Shown piece after piece: positions 1 to 11,883 of a DNA stretch of 59,607 nucleotides. Within the stretch, counting starts at the first letter, position 1, and every line of letters begins with the position of its first letter. Made by a program: the position numbers and the translations under genes. This DNA comes from Octopus bimaculoides (Eukaryota), in assembly GCF_001194135.2 (NCBI RefSeq), contig NC_068998.1, forward strand, positions 24,917,765-24,977,371, read 5' to 3'. A model generated the notes under the pieces. The model made no database searches. It was not told the DNA's origin and saw only the letters and a list, made by a program, of their open reading frames with translations.

Positions 1-38
1 CATTCCCGGTGTAGTCTTTGTTAAACATCCCCGGTGTA

Positions 39-125
<87 letters not shown>

Positions 126-142
126 CATCATTATGATTATTA
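1..142 (+). repeat. (ATT)n microsatellite (~40-142), preceded by 40 bp that may be the 3' end of a non-LTR element
   Basis: Long perfect ATT run seen directly. The identity of the first 40 bp is inferred only from the analogous (ATT)n-tailed element at 25467-26165. Confidence 0.8.
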
Positions 143-205
143 TTCAGGCCAATGCCTGGAATCGAACTAGGAATCTTGGGGTTAGTAGCCCGCGCTCTTA
201 ACCCG
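143..205 (-). mobile_element. tRNA-like head of a short SINE-like element (same family as 12937-12987)
   Basis: Minus strand GGTTAAGAGCGCGGGCTACTAACCCCAAGATTCCTAGTTCGATTCCAGGC has an A-box-like motif, an anticodon-like arm GGG-CTACTAA-CCC and a B-box GTTCGATTCC, followed by (AAT)n. It is near-identical to 12937-12987. Confidence 0.7.
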
Positions 206-1418
206 TGGGCAATTATGGAGTCAATTTTATGGCTTATAAATCTAATATTCTCCTATCCTTCCTTAATACCGGTTCCTATATGCTACTCATATCTGCACTC
301 GGTCTGCTTAGGAGGTTTTTTGTATCTGTGCTGCTTCTTTTAGTTTTCTTTTTTTCCAGTAGTGTTCTCTGTCTATGTATACACCTATAGAGATATGACT
401 CTTGTAACCACTTTCTAAAAACAAGGTATTCTCTTAGTTAATGCATACGAATATTACATTTGCATTTTTTAATTCGTGTAACTCCAGATACAGAATAATT
501 CATTGGGACTCGTTTTGTTTTGGTAAACTGAATCTTTCATACAGCTTGTGTGCTAATACTCGAAAAGTATAAGCTACGTATAAAATTGAATCTTTAGTAT
601 TTATAGAAATATATGTTTGTGATAATAGGGATATTTTCAGTAGTTAATAAAAGAAGATTGTCTCTAGTCGGTGTTTGAACATCAAACATAAGGTGTTCAC
701 ATGAATACGGATGATTAACTCTGATTGTGATCTACAGACTTATTTTTATTTTTTTTACTTTTTCGAGCGACAAAATATTTTATCGCTTTGCGTCTGAAAA
801 TAGTCCCAAATCATAAATAAATTTACACGGTCTATTTGATTTTGTAGATAAGTTGTTCTTGTGAGGCAGAAAATGTATACAAAAGGAAGTAAATTGGATT
901 GATGTAATAAAATAACCTTCTGCGAAAATTGTTGTCTTAGAGGCCAGGCAGGCGTATGACGATAAGCGCCAAAAAGAGCCAAACACGATCTTACTGAATT
1001 TAGATTTGACAGCAGATTTAACGAAACATTTTTATTGCTATTTTGTGATTTATTTAGAAAATACATAGAGCACACAGAAATATTGTAAGATTCCCACGTA
1101 CCATGTACGAAAATGTTTCGAATATAACTATTCGTCTACTGGTACCATTATACCTTTTTTTTATGGATGTAATAAGTACAAGAGAGATACCATGTAAACG
1201 AGAAATTATAAAGTAATAACATGGGTAGCGTATGAAGAATTATAAGTTAATGACATAAATTTATGTGATAAGCAAATAATTTGTATTAATTAGTGATTCA
1301 TAATTTTCCATTCACATATACATTTAGTGGTTTATTAATATCGACTGATTGTTTTTACTTACATTCAGATTGTCTTGAATAATGAATATATATATAACAT
1401 AACATGTATAGTTTGTAG

Positions 1419-1517
1419 GCATGGCGTGTAGATGTAAACATGACCAGCTACTCTCAACTGGCCACTCATCTAAAAGAGTTTTTCCAGCAACGACAGAAAC
1501 TGAAGAGCACCTTGTGA
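1419..1517 (+). CDS. Candidate terminal coding exon of an unidentified gene (AWRVDVNMTSYSQLATHLKEFFQQRQKLKSTL*)
   Basis: TTTGTAG acceptor at 1412-1418, 32 open codons to TGA, GC-richer than its flanks, AATAAA at 1665-1670. No homology recognised and the polypyrimidine tract is weak. Confidence 0.25.
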   Translation, partial: AWRVDVNMTSYSQLATHLKEFFQQRQKLKSTL

Positions 1518-1760
1518 ATAGAATTTGGTAAACTGCGCAGAAATACTTCCTTAAAACGTTCCCTGTTGCATGCAATACGTATAAATTTGAAATGGATAGG
1601 AGAGCATTAAATTTGATATGGATAAGAGAGCATTAAATTTCTATATGTAGAATTGTGGTTCATAAATAAAGGGATTAATGAAAATACATGGTTACTGTAT
1701 CGCAGAATTTTGTGAATTTACCAATCTACCCCAAAAGGCACGACCTAATTAAATAATCCT

Positions 1761-1958
1761 TTCTACTATAGTATTTTTCTGGAGAAGAGACAGTCGTTCA
1801 CATCGACCCCAGTACTCAACTGGTACTTAACTTATCAAACCTGGAAGGATGAGAGGTAAAGTCGACCTCAGCGGAATTTTAACTCAGAACGTAGCGGCAG
1901 ACGCAATACCGCTAAGCATTTCGCCCGGCGCTCTCACGATTCTGACAGCTCGCCCCCT
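1761..1958 (-). mobile_element. tRNA-derived SINE, family B, internally deleted
   Basis: Minus-strand head GGCGAGCTGTCAGAATCGT...GCGAAATGCTTAGCGGTATT...CGTTCTGAGTTAAAATTCC and central GTCGACTTTACCTCTCATCCTTCC...GTACCAGTTG...GGGGTCGATG, shared with at least 7 other copies in the window. Confidence 0.85.
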
Positions 1959-2005
1959 TAAACTGATTAAGTAATGTACAATTCGTCATTTTGTGTTTAT
2001 ATGTC

Positions 2006-2080
2006 AGGGCGGCGAGCTGGCAGAATTGTTAGCGCGCCGAACGAAATGCTTAGCGGTATTTCGCCCGTCGATATGTTCAG
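2006..2080 (+). mobile_element. SINE family B, 5' head only
   Basis: GGCGGCGAGCTGGCAGAATTGTTAGCGCGCCGAACGAAATGCTTAGCGGTATTTCG matches the family B head. Confidence 0.85.
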
Positions 2081-2084
2081 GGTC

Positions 2085-2810
2085 AGTGCTCCGGTTACAT
2101 CGGTGAACATATTGTTTTGCCTCTGGTTGGCGTGTGTTGGTAGTGAGGTGCGATGCGAAGGAGTAGCGTGTGTTGTTTGTATATGCCTGGGTAGAGGTGT
2201 GGTCGGTGTGGGATCGACGTAAAAGTCGTTCGAATTTGGCGTAGGACTTCTGTTGGTAGTGTCTGCGCGTTACTTGGTTGACGTACCTAACGAGGTGTCT
2301 GCCGCGTTGCCGGAGGTGTTCGGAGGTCATTGCGTTATTATTGCTGATTTGTCGGAGCGTAATATACTTCTAACGGATCGTCTTCCCGAGAATGTGCCCT
2401 GGTGATGATATCATAGTATCTCTGGGATGTGCCAGCTATATGTAGACGTCTAAGCGATTCCGGGGATAAATTAGGTAGTTTACATTTTTTCCAGGAATTG
2501 GGTCGGCCAGTATGTTCTTTCATGTTTATCAACGTGATCTGGTGGGGGCTGGTGAATAAAAAATGTTGGTTTATTTCAGGTAACATGGTCGTGGTCTAGT
2601 ACAGAGAGATATGACAGGGTGATGCCGTAGTAGGATTGTGAGAGGTGGGTGGAATGGAAAGAGAAGCAAAGTTGAACTAGAAGGAAAGAATGAACAGATA
2701 GAAGGAGGAGGTGATATTTGATGGAGGAGGTGATATTTGATGGAGGGGTGTATCGGGTTATCGATAGGGAAACCAAGGGCGAAATGTGGAAGATAGTAGA
2801 ATAGAGCAAT
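2085..2810 (-). mobile_element. Decayed N-terminal ORF region of a probable Penelope-like retroelement
   Basis: GC-rich, frameshifted coding-like sequence: WKKCKLPNLSPESLRRLHIAGTSQRYYDIITRA ... EHLRQRGRHLVRYVNQVTRRHYQQKSYAKFERLL. This resembles the 'FLxxCxxxnliPksL ... KfxxL' N-terminus of Penelope-like RT ORFs. No RT motif is present. Confidence 0.4.
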
Positions 2811-2811
2811 A

Positions 2812-3015
2812 TATTAGGTCATCCTATAAATAGTGCGTTTTTTGATACTATTATTTTTCAAAATTAAGATAAGCAGAGTTTTTTTTTTATATCTAAGATA
2901 TACTCTCCTTCATTTTCTACAATGCACTTCCATCTATCTGGTAGACTTGCAAGGCCCGTCTTCCAAAATTCAATTGTCCGTAACGAAAAATATTCTTCCA
3001 GTACTATTCTGACCT
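2812..3015 (-). mobile_element. Mariner fragment: transposase C-terminus plus one TIR
   Basis: Minus-strand translation VLEEYFSLRTIEFWKTGLASLPDRWKCIVENEGEYILD is a typical mariner C-terminus. TA-flanked TIR-like TTAGGTCATCCTATAAATAGTGCG at 2814. Confidence 0.8.
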
Positions 3016-3857
3016 ACTTTACAAAATTCATATATTTTCCGTGTATAAATAATACATATCTCACATACGCTAATTATGTTTATTTATCATTCACTCTACA
3101 CTGAATTGTGGCACAATATGGACAGATTTCGGAATACCGATGTAATGCATCAACTTAAAGGATAAACACCGATGTAAATGTATATAAATACCGATGTAAA
3201 TGTATCAACTTAAAGAATAAACATATTACAATAGATATTACAATGGATAATACCAAGTGGGCTTCACCTTTTTCTCTATCCTGTCTCTCTCTCTATTTCT
3301 TTTTTCTTGGTGATTTTTTTTCTTTGTGATATAGTCTTGGGAAAGAATATATTTGCGGCTGAAGATAGCTTCATACCATCCTGTCTATCAATTATATGCC
3401 CATATAATGAAGCAACGACTGTTTGTGTATAAAGTTTGAAACACGTGTACCGCGGAATCCTTTTGTGTTCTGTTCTAATTTTACGCTTTTAATTTATANN
3501 NNNNNNNNNNNNNNNNNNNNNNNNNNNNNNNNNNNNNNNNNNNNNNNNNNNNNNNNNNNNNNNNNNNNNNNNNNNNNNNNNNNNNNNNNNNNNNNNNNNN
3601 NNNNNNNNNNNNNNNNNNNNNNNNNNNNNNNNNNNNNNNNNNNNNNNNNNNNNNNNNNNNNNNNNNNNNNNNNNNNNNNNNNNNNNNNNNNNNNNNNNNN
3701 NNNNNNNNNNNNNNNNNNNNNNNNNNNNNNNNNNNNNNNNNNNNNNNNNNNNNNNNNNNNNNNNNNNNNNNNNNNNNNNNNNNNNNNNNNNNNNNNNNNN
3801 NNNNNNNNNNNNNNNNNNNNNNNNNNNNNNNNNNNNNNNNNNNNNNNNNNNNNNNNN

Positions 3858-3933
3858 CCTGATATGCATGTATATACACATGTAGATGTAAGTATGTACA
3901 TATATGTGTGTATACATGTATATATATTCTTTG

Positions 3934-3971
<38 letters not shown>

Positions 3972-4128
3972 GTGTGTGTGTGTGTGTGTGTGCGTGTGTG
4001 TGTGTGTGTGTGTATGTATGTATAGATGTAAGTATGTACATATACGTATGAATATATGCATATATATATATATATTATTTATATTATTATATATACATGT
4101 ATGTGTGTATGTACATGTATGTATATAT
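3858..4128. repeat. Compound (AT)n/(GT)n microsatellite next to an assembly gap
   Basis: Seen directly. Confidence 0.9.
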
Positions 4129-4429
4129 GATTGCTTTATCTTGACAGATGATAGCAATCTCATCAACAGACACCCTACACCCCATCACAACACACCCCTC
4201 CGTTCATGGTCGCTCAAATGACTTTTAAGACCAGCTGCTGAATTTTTTCGAAGCAAAATGTCAGATATTCTTCAAGTTTCTTTTACTTTTTTGCTCTTTG
4301 GAATCTGATTCTGAATGAATGTTTTTATAAACTAGCATATGCCTTTTAAGATCAGGAATTGTCATACAAATTTTTTGACATATAATACAAGTTATAAGTG
4401 GTGGCTGGAAGTCAAGATAATTACGTACC

Positions 4430-5045
4430 TGGGCATTTCAATTTCCACGTGACTTCATTTGAATCGAGTATCCTGCTTTTGACAACAGAACACTATCACA
4501 CATAATACATACCCAATATTCAATGTTGATTTCAGTTCCAATTGTTCCTTTCTGACCGGCCCTTTTAAGTTCAGAGCGCTGAATTATTTTTTCCTCCCAG
4601 GCGTTGCAACTGGTCCTAACAGCACCTCTCCCCTTGTCCCAGAGTATCAGTTTCCAAATCATCTTTGTTCATATCTTGTTTCTTCAGGTTTTCCTTCATA
4701 CAGTCATAATACCTTATCCTCGGCTTATGTTATGGCCGCTTACCAGAGTTGAACCTACCATTAAAAAAACGCTTTGGCAATTGCTCATCTTTCATTCTAA
4801 TAACATGTCCAGCCCATCTAATTTCCGCCAGGATATGTTGTCCAATTGAGCTAAAACATGCCATGCACAAAACCACTGTATCTGATATAAAGCATCCCTA
4901 CTTGACCCTACTAGATACGTCTGAGGCATTTTTGATAGAATATCTGCTGTATGTTCAAATGATGCTTGTAAGTGGTCCACGTCTCACTCGAATACAGAAG
5001 TGCAGTCAATACACACGTCTTATAGACATTGATCCGAGTGTGACG
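4430..5045 (-). mobile_element. RTE-clade LINE, decayed 3' part of the ORF
   Basis: Minus-strand peptides RINVYKTCVLTALLYSSETWTTY and QLRWAGHVIRMKDEQLPKRFFNGRFNSGKRP are RTE C-terminal motifs, with frameshifts. Confidence 0.8.
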
Positions 5046-6129
5046 TGGGCCACTTTCATTAATCTATACATACACACACGCACACACATATATCAAGACA
5101 AAAGAATGGCGAATTATATATTACTCAATCAGCTCACATATGTTTTGGATTGATTGGCAAATTCCCAAAATTCTGCGATACAATAAAATGCCTATTACTC
5201 AATGCTATTATTGATCAACTAAGATTCTGCAGTATTAGATAAATTTAACACTCTCCCATCCATATCAAACCTATACATATTGCTTAGAATAGAGAACATT
5301 GTAAGGAAGATTGATAATAGCAAAACTAACAATAACTTACAGTATAATGGATAAAGAGTTATTTCAGCAGACCTACTTAGGAAATATGTTCATCGGGTAG
5401 TGATAGAGTTACGATACTTAGATTCTTCAATCCCAGCGGTGAACTTGAAGAATATTCATGGCAAAATTTCTACTCCATTGAAACTATTACAGACAAATTG
5501 AAATTCACAAAGGAAGATATTTTATTTCAAAATATGTTTTTTTTTAAAAAATAAATGTTTGAAAATTGAAATAATTTAACATGAGTAAGATAAATTAAAA
5601 CAAAAATAAAAATAAATTAAAACAGGAATAAAATAAATTAAGACACATTCAAAAATAAATTCAAAAACAATTAAAAGATAGTTAAAGAATCTAACTGCAT
5701 ATTTTTAAAAGAGGGTGCATGACATATGGAGGAAGCAGCAAGACTCAGATATTACGGAACAGAGACTGTGACCAGGTAATATCAATAATGAAGAATGGAT
5801 GACTAACAGTATTAGAGTTCGATGGGATTAGGAAGAGTGTGATGATCGAAAAGAAGCGGGGTGATGCAGAAGTAAATACAAAGAATCTTCAAAATGCTGT
5901 GCTTAATGGGAGTACCCGAGAGAAGAATATTGTCTTAAGGCCTGGGTGTAGAGAAGGGCTAAATAACAAAGAGAATGGAATCATCGAAGACATTACTAGT
6001 ATCGTTGGAGAAACCCTGGTTATGGAAATAAATCGATTCTGGAAAGTAGACAGAAATTCTCTAAGTGTATGGATATTTAAGGTAAATACTGAAAGAAATC
6101 AAGGCAAATAATATAACCAGAACGAATAG

Positions 6130-7610
6130 ATTCATTAAAGCCTGCATCATCTTTATAAAAATAATGTAGGCCTCGAACCGAACCGTAAATGTGAAAATGA
6201 AGGAAAATAACTTTGGTCGCCTGATGGTGTAGAGCTAACCAACGGCAAGGAAATCAAGGATATTGAGACTAATAGATATAAATATCGGGGGATTTTGGAA
6301 TACGACAAAATCAAGGAAAGTGAAATGAAGGAAAGCTCTAGGCGAGAATATCTAAGAAGAACCAAATAAATTATGGGAAGTAGGCTCTATGAAAAAATAA
6401 ACAAGATCAGAGCAATGAATGCATAAGCTGTTTCTTTAAGGTGATATGGCGCAGGTGTTGTTAGGTGTACAAATAACGAACTTGAGGAAGTACACAAGAA
6501 AACCCAAAAAGTGATGACAATTAACAAAGAATTACACCCCAAGAGTGATACTGACATTATGCATGTGCTCAGGAACATGGGAGGGAGAGGTTTTACAGGA
6601 TTCAGGATCAGTGTTGTCAACGACAACAGTCTGGGATGATACATCAAACAGCAGAGTGAATACTTGCTTGTCGCTGTTAGTATTAACAATACAATACCTA
6701 CCAAAAATGTATTGCATCCACAAACATCTAAGAAATAAGATGAAGAAGAAAAAGTAAATAATTGGAAAGTGAAATCACTGCATAGGCAATAACTCAGAGA
6801 AATCGAAGGGTTACACAGGATCAACACTTGGCGATGGTTAAAAAAAGTGATCTGAAAGGATTCGCTGAGGCATTGATATGCAGCGCTCAAGAACTAGCCC
6901 AGAGAAATAATAACGCCAAAGTCCAAATAGATAAGAAAAGCGAATCACTCCTTTGTAGGATAAATGGCAGAAGAAATTAAACAATCTCACATATTGTGAG
7001 TGTAACAAGCTGGCCCAAAAGCACTACAAAAGGAGGCACGATTACGTAGCTAAGTTCATCCACAATAGACTATGTTAAAAGTACTGCCTGAAAAGAGCAC
7101 GGAAATGGTACGAACATGAAGCAGGAGTCGCCGACAAAAAAGAATATAAGATACTGTAGGATCTTACAATCCAGTGTGACTCCTTCATCGATGCTCGTAG
7201 ACCAGATATTGTTGTAGTAGATGAAAGGAAGAAAAAGAAACTAAGATTATAGATTGAAAATACAGACTACTAAAAGACGAAACCAATAAAGTGGACCGAA
7301 GCGAGGATCTGTCATTCCAGTAGTTATAGGACCAGTCAGAGTACTAACGGCCAAGTTCGAGAAATACTTTAGAGAAATCGCAATTGACATGAGGGCAGAG
7401 GAAGCCCGAAAAACTGCTCTCCTGGCGACAGCTAGAATTTTGAGATTGTTACTTGGATGTTGAATGTCTCCCACGATAATTAACAACCAAGTATCAAAAC
7501 TTATAATGTGCGGAAAGAAACCCTGTGAGACCTCTCACAGAAGGCTTTTGTCCGCTCTCACAGAATGCACCAGAGCAAACAAGACCGAGCGTTCTGATAA
7601 TTATAATTAC
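6130..7610 (+). mobile_element. R4/Dong-like non-LTR retrotransposon with a restriction-like endonuclease, 5'-truncated and decayed
   Basis: GVELTNGKEIKDIETNRYKYRGILEYDKIK; ELHPKSDTDIMHVLRNMGGRG; zinc-finger remnant LCRI...TISHIVS..KLAQKHYKRRHD; RLE motif DARRPDIVVVDERKKK; terminal KTALLATARILR. Many stops and frameshifts. Confidence 0.85.
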
Positions 7611-7682
7611 TAATTAACCCATCATGCCCATGCTTACTAATTGAGCCATCATGTCGTTTCATTCTAGGATCAAAAAGAAAGG

Positions 7683-7894
7683 GGAAGAAAAAGAAACTAA
7701 GATTATAGATTGAAAATACAGACTACTAAAAGACGAAACCAATAAAGTGGACCGAAGCGAGGATCTGTCATTCCAGTAGTTATAGGACCAGTCAGAGTAC
7801 TAACGGCCAAGTTCGAGAAATACTTTAGAGAAATCGCAATTGACATGAGGGCAGAGGAAGCCCGAAAAACTGCTCTCCTGGCGACAGCTAGAAT
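7683..7894 (+). repeat. Exact 212-bp duplicate of 7227-7438, ending at an N gap
   Basis: Direct comparison shows identity at an offset of 456 bp. Confidence 0.9.
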
Positions 7895-8090
7895 NNNNNN
7901 NNNNNNNNNNNNNNNNNNNNNNNNNNNNNNNNNNNNNNNNNNNNNNNNNNNNNNNNNNNNNNNNNNNNNNNNNNNNNNNNNNNNNNNNNNNNNNNNNNNN
8001 NNNNNNNNNNNNNNNNNNNNNNNNNNNNNNNNNNNNNNNNNNNNTGTGTTAACCGCACGTGGAGAAATAATAGGAAAATATATATATATA

Positions 8091-9339
8091 TCAGGTCATC
8101 TCATAAGCCCAGTCCAAAGTTTGAATAAAGAAAACAAGTGATCAAATGTTATATTTAATTGAAATTTAATCATAAATGTACTTTCCCTGATTATCTATGA
8201 CTTCCTTCCATCTATTTACAAGCTTTTTAATACCATCAATGTAAAACTCTTTTGGTTTCAAGGTGAAGAACTCTGAAATGTCAGTTTCGACCTCCTCCTG
8301 ACTTGCGAAAGTTATGTCCCCCAAATGAATCTGTAAACTACGAAACAAATGGTAGTCTGAAGGAGCAAGTTCGGCAGAATAAGGTGGATGAGGAATTTTT
8401 TCTCAACCAAGCTATTCGATCTTCTGTAATGTGATCTTTGCAGTGTGAGGTCGCGCATTGTCCTGTTGAAACGCCACTCCTTTTCGATTCATTAAAGCGG
8501 GTCATTTTTTTGTTCAAAGCTTGGTTCAAGTGCTCTTATTGCTGACAGTAGACTTGAGCATTGATCGTTGCATTAGGTGGTAACAATTCAATCCCACGAG
8601 ATAGAGAGAAGAAGCTTTTTTCCCATGAAATTCCCTTCTCGGTTGTAGTTGAGCTTTTCCCTTTTACCAAGCCACTGTTTACGACGTTTAACATTTTGAT
8701 AGAAGATCCATTTTTCGTCACCAGTCACAAGTCTATCCAAAAAGGGTGATATGAGTTCGCGAGAATGGAGAGAAGAGCAGATGTCAACTCGGGATTTGCG
8801 GTTGCTTTCGGACAATTCATGAGGCACCCATTTTCCAAGTTTAGGAACCTTTCCAAGTTGATGAAGATGACAATGAATAGTTGTATGGTCTGAACTAAGG
8901 TTTATTGCCAATTCTTCGAGTGATAATGCAGGATTTTCTTCAAGTAATGCCTCAATGAACTTACCATCAAACTCAACTGGACGTCCTGTTCGATCTTCAT
9001 CTTCAAGGCTGAAGTCTCCACTTCTGCAAGTTCTTTGATTGAAGCATTCTTTCCCATAAATTGAGTGTCTGTTTCGAGTCGCTTCGGCTGCAGGATTTCC
9101 TATTTTTGTACTCATAAAATATTATGTGCCTCAATTGCTCTTTGGATACTTCCATGTAAGAAAGGATTTTAATCAAAGAAATTTTAATTCTATTATTCTG
9201 TAAAATAATATTTAATTAGTTTAAATGTACACAAATGCATAAAAATAATTTTTAATTCCATTAGAAATTCTAAAATACTATTAAATTTCATTCAGTTTTA
9301 AAATAGGTAAAATCGGACAGAACTTATGGGCAGACCTGA
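8091..9339 (-). mobile_element. Full-length mariner (DD34D) transposon, ~1.25 kb, inactive
   Basis: TA-flanked imperfect TIRs (TCAGGTCATCTCATAAG at the left; reverse complement TCAGGTCTGCCCATAAG at the right) enclose a transposase pseudogene. Confidence 0.92.
8166..9155 (-). pseudogene. Mariner transposase pseudogene
   Basis: MEVSKEQLRHIIFYEY..., DEDRTGRP, GKWVPHELS, LVTGDEKW, IPHPPYSAELAPSDYHLFRSL, NRWKEVIDNQGKYIYD*. Broken by frameshifts and stops. Confidence 0.92.
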
Positions 9340-10164
9340 TATATACACACCGTGGTGCGTTATGCGTGTGTATTTATATATGTTAGTTTCCGCGTCCCTA
9401 TGTCCTTTGTTGATAAATTTTACCGATGTAAGACAATTTTTGTGCACGATTTAGCGAATCTATAAATATAAATCAATAAAATACATACCAGACTGAAATA
9501 TGAAATCTGTCCGATAATATTCGACTGAAACCCTTAAATATTTTGCCCAGGATGTCATCAATTGAAAGTAGAAAAGCCGAAAGAGCATATTGATCTATTG
9601 ACATATTTAAATTTCTGTCTGTGATTAATCTCTCTTAAGACTTTATATAACTATTTCTGAATAAGTATCGGTCGGAGCTATACTTCTTTAATCATCAGCC
9701 TGTATGTGTTTATAGGCTTCGATTTTTCAAAGAATATTTTCTCATATTGACGCTCTTCACTTTTAAGTATATATTGTTTCAGTTTTCTAAATTTGATGTT
9801 ATGTTTCGTAACGAATAAATACATATACATTCTCTAGGCCTGTGGATATTTGTATTTTCATTTAGTGTGTATTATATATTTCCTTATTTCTAATTATTTA
9901 GTAATTCCAGAAATACTCAGAAGAGATTTCGTTTTTTAAAAATTGTCTTTTCTATAAAATGCAAACGAAATAGTGAATCCTATAATAGTAATTATATTAT
10001 AATTATATTATAGCAAAACAATATGTTGTAATTGTTAAACTGATTAGCAGAGCGCCGTTTATCGTATATCTGTTCGATCAAGCTGATCTGGATACTGCAA
10101 CAATGATTATTGAAATTTGAAATATCTTTTTCCATTTGAAGGTGATCCTGAGAATGCCTTTTTA

Positions 10165-10530
10165 ATTGCTTCAGTTATTGGACTGCTGCCATGGTGGGGC
10201 ACGGTCTTGGAAGGTTTAGTCAAACAAATCGACACCGGTACTTATTTATAAGCCTGGTGTTTATTTTCTCGGTCTCTTTCGCTAAAACACTAAGTTACGC
10301 TAAAACACTAAGTTATGGGGAGTGTAAACGAACAAGCACCGGATCAAAAAGGGTGGTGGTGAGGAGGAAAATCAGACACAAAGAAACACAAGCACACATA
10401 TAAAACACACATAATGTATACGACACACTTCCACACGTTTTTCTGTTTACTAAATTCACTTAGATGGCATTAATCAACCCGGGAGTATGGTAGAAGACAT
10501 TTACCAGGAGTTCTACGGAATGGTTGCAAA
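10165..10530 (-). mobile_element. tRNA-derived SINE, family A, decayed, with an internal 18-bp tandem duplication
   Basis: Matches 43722-44182 (CTAAGTTA..GGG, GGTACTTATT, CAGT..GGACTGC.GCCATG.TGGGGCAC). CGCTAAAACACTAAGTTA occurs twice. Confidence 0.75.
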
Positions 10531-10682
10531 GTGGGCTTTTTAACCATGCAACCATTTCTGAATCCCTAACATTTACATGAAACTTCACATATTTGCATAA
10601 TTATTTTGCATATTTTTTTAACTATTTACTACGCGCAATATAAAAAAAAAATATGTATGAAGTTCAGGAATAATGCGTTTTA

Positions 10683-10828
10683 CGAAAGGTACAAAGCCTG
10701 GAATTTGGGGGAAAGCGGTGGGAGGAAAGGCAAAGTAGACTGGATTTAAACTCAAAATGTAATGACGGAAGAAGATACCGTAAACTATTTGGTCCGATGT
10801 GCTAACGCTCCTGCCAACTCACAGCCTT
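10683..10828 (-). mobile_element. SINE family B, internally deleted
   Basis: GGAAAGGCAAAGTAGAC...AACTCAAAATGTA...GTGCTAACGCTCCTGCCAACTCAC matches family B. Confidence 0.65.
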
Positions 10829-11839
10829 GCGAAAAGCTACACCTTTCTGGGATGATAAGAAATTGCCAAGCTATCTGAGACCAAACTGACGTTGGGCAAT
10901 AGACCGAACCCATAAAGAGGTGACATATGGCCAACGCACACGCACTCTTAAACACACATACATGCAGACGATTGTACGCACACAACCGACCCCATACACG
11001 CACATACACATCACACACATGCTCTTTGTTTATTTTATGCTTCCCTTCACTTGTATGCAACTACACGTGTACATACACACAATGCATATACACCTACGTA
11101 CATACGTACATACGTACGGTCGTAAAACTACTTATCAGACAGACTAAAGAGCAGGAAGAGATAGGGTATACTCTTAATGAGGTCGAGGTCGCGTATAGCA
11201 GCGAAACGACTTTGACAGACATCCGATTGATTGCCTAAACAACACATTTAACAAATGATCAATTAGTTAGTTGTGTAGATATTTAGCTGATTGATGAAAA
11301 TAATGAGGTGATATTGAAACAATATGTGTGTTTATTATTATTGGTGTAATGATCCTCGCATGACACCACTAGATGAAGTAATTAAGCATAACAAAAAATA
11401 AATTCACGACAAGGGAAGTAGTGTGCTTATTCAGAACGTAGACCTTAAAAAGAAAAAGGGTATTTTGTTGTTGTGAAACTTAACTACTTCCAATTACTCG
11501 ACAGCCCGTGATTATAAACTACACCAATGTCTGAATTTTTCTCTTTTCTTTTTATTTGTGTGTGAAATGTTGTAGAAGAATGCATTAACGTAACCTAGTA
11601 CGTATTGAAGGAGTGCAATGATCAATGTGCTATTTGAAATTAGATAAATTACTGAGTGACTTCTACACTTAATGACCATTAATTCATGGTTGTATGCGAT
11701 TGTTTTGTGTTCTGCTTACATGTGTGTTATCTTGAAATGTTAAGAATTCTGTAGTTGTGTTGTGATTGTACCGGCATCACTGCGATTATAGTCGATGGAG
11801 TCCGGTGGATAAATAAAAAAAGAAAAAAAAGTGTCCCGT

Positions 11840-11840
11840 A

Positions 11841-11883
<43 letters not shown>
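11840..11883. repeat. (TATC)n microsatellite next to a gap
   Basis: Seen directly. Confidence 0.9.

Noticed and set aside
143-205. Possible functional tRNA gene
   Set aside because: No complete acceptor stem or cloverleaf; it is a repeat head, and the same applies to 22396-22439.
755-1075. Overlapping minus-strand ORFs of 106 and 68 aa
   Set aside because: No recognisable homology, codon bias or convincing splice structure.
5760-6111. 90-aa ORF (5839-6111) as a host gene or as part of the R4-like element
   Set aside because: It vaguely resembles a retroelement ORF1 remnant, but there is no motif I can name; left uncalled.
11170-11215. TAATGAG...CGAAAC motif and AGGTCG direct repeat
   Set aside because: No supporting helices. 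A nuclear-receptor-like half-site repeat alone is not evidence of function.
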